Positions 31,632 to 32,000 of a stretch of DNA of 32,000 nucleotides are shown here, piece after piece (the stretch's first letter is position 1; every line of letters begins with the position of its first letter). The notes beneath the pieces were generated by a model. It made no database searches. It was not told the origin of the DNA and saw only the letters and a list, made by a program, of their open reading frames with translations. This stretch comes from Candidatus Saccharimonadota bacterium (GTDB lineage: Bacteria; Patescibacteriota; Saccharimonadia; Saccharimonadales; Saccharimonadaceae), in contig CP060232.1 of the NCBI GenBank assembly GCA_023898645.1, positions 360,001 through 392,000 on the forward strand. Reading direction: 5' to 3'. Both the position numbers and the translations under genes were made by a program.

Positions 31632-32000
31632 GCGTCAGATCGAATTTACGTCAGACAACTACAAATTAGCGGGTACTTTCGTGACACCGGATGAATCCAA
31701 GCCTCTACCAGCAGTGTTGATGCTACCGGGGTCGGGCCAGACGGACCGCGACGATAATGCCAAGAAGCTTGCCATAAATGTATTTCCGCAGGTGGCGGAG
31801 GCGATGAGCAGCATTGGCGTTGCTAGTTTACGATATGATAAGCGTGGCGTCGGTGAGAGCGAAGGTGATTATTGGCGCAGTGATTTAGATGATCGCATAG
31901 CCGATGCGGGCGCGGCGATCGAATGGCTAAAGGCTCAAGATGACGTAGACTCTGATAACGTATATGTTCTTGGCCATAGCGAGGGTGCGCTTGTAGCTAC
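31624..32000 (+). CDS. Alpha/beta hydrolase (5' part; continues beyond the window)
   Basis: My hand translation from ATG 31624 gives MTERQIEFTSDNYKLAGTFVTP...LPGSGQTDRDDN...VLGHSEGALVA, with a G-H-S-E-G nucleophile elbow. It overlaps the regulator gene by 8 nt. It is missing from the ORF track because no stop falls within the window. Confidence 0.7.
   Translation, partial: MTERQIEFTSDNYKLAGTFVTPDESKPLPAVLMLPGSGQTDRDDNAKKLAINVFPQVAEAMSSIGVASLRYDKRGVGESEGDYWRSDLDDRIADAGAAIEWLKAQDDVDSDNVYVLGHSEGALVA

Noticed and set aside
1-32000. Alternative genetic code (UGA read as Gly, as in some candidate-phyla lineages).
   Set aside because: UGA serves as the stop in well-defined gene ends, such as hsdS 26954-26956 and the regulator gene 31629-31631. 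All conserved proteins are full length under the standard code.

Overview
The window is a compact, gene-dense bacterial chromosome segment using the standard genetic code. UGA acts as a stop, for example in the hsdS/hsdR ATGA overlap. The tight packing, many short or overlapping gene junctions, and the protein sequences suggest a small-genome Patescibacteria/Saccharibacteria-type organism; that is my inference only. All family calls come from motif recognition by eye, with no searches run.

Layout:
- 1-18.9 kb is core genome. It holds the tail of a solute-binding protein, GH125, tRNA-Leu(GAG), typA/bipA and a small membrane protein. An alpha-glucoside/trehalose cluster follows: GH37 trehalase, GT4, GH15 and two tandem GH13 alpha-glucosidases. 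Then come rarA, ddl, an SPFH protein, tRNA-Phe(GAA), plsC and a 778-aa polytopic membrane protein.
- About 18.9-30.7 kb is an accessory island of roughly 11.7 kb abutting tRNA-Gly(GCC).
  - Mobility and replication genes, all on the minus strand: a large serine recombinase, a P-loop (SF3-helicase-like) replication protein, two small ORFs and a 283-aa orphan.
  - A plus-strand operon preceded by a structured leader RNA: a Zn-ribbon membrane protein, then hsdM, hsdS, hsdR (type IC-like) and a T5orf172/DUF4357 protein.
- 30.7-32 kb has a GC-rich structured noncoding stretch, an ArsR-like regulator and the start of an alpha/beta hydrolase.

Most interesting observations:
- hsdS carries two independent hypermutable features: a 12-bp x4.6 repeat encoding (LEAE)n in the central spacer helix, and a G8 tract that splits the gene between its two target-recognition domains (TRDs).
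- A roughly 130-nt leader ahead of the R-M operon has mutually exclusive long-range helix and terminator pairings.
- The recombinase ORF runs out of the island through the tRNA-Gly terminator and into the tRNA.
- tRNA-Gly has a covarying U19:A56 elbow pair.
- Perfect and degenerate tRNA-Phe fragments lie downstream of tRNA-Phe.

I see no CRISPR array, rRNA or recognisable transposase.
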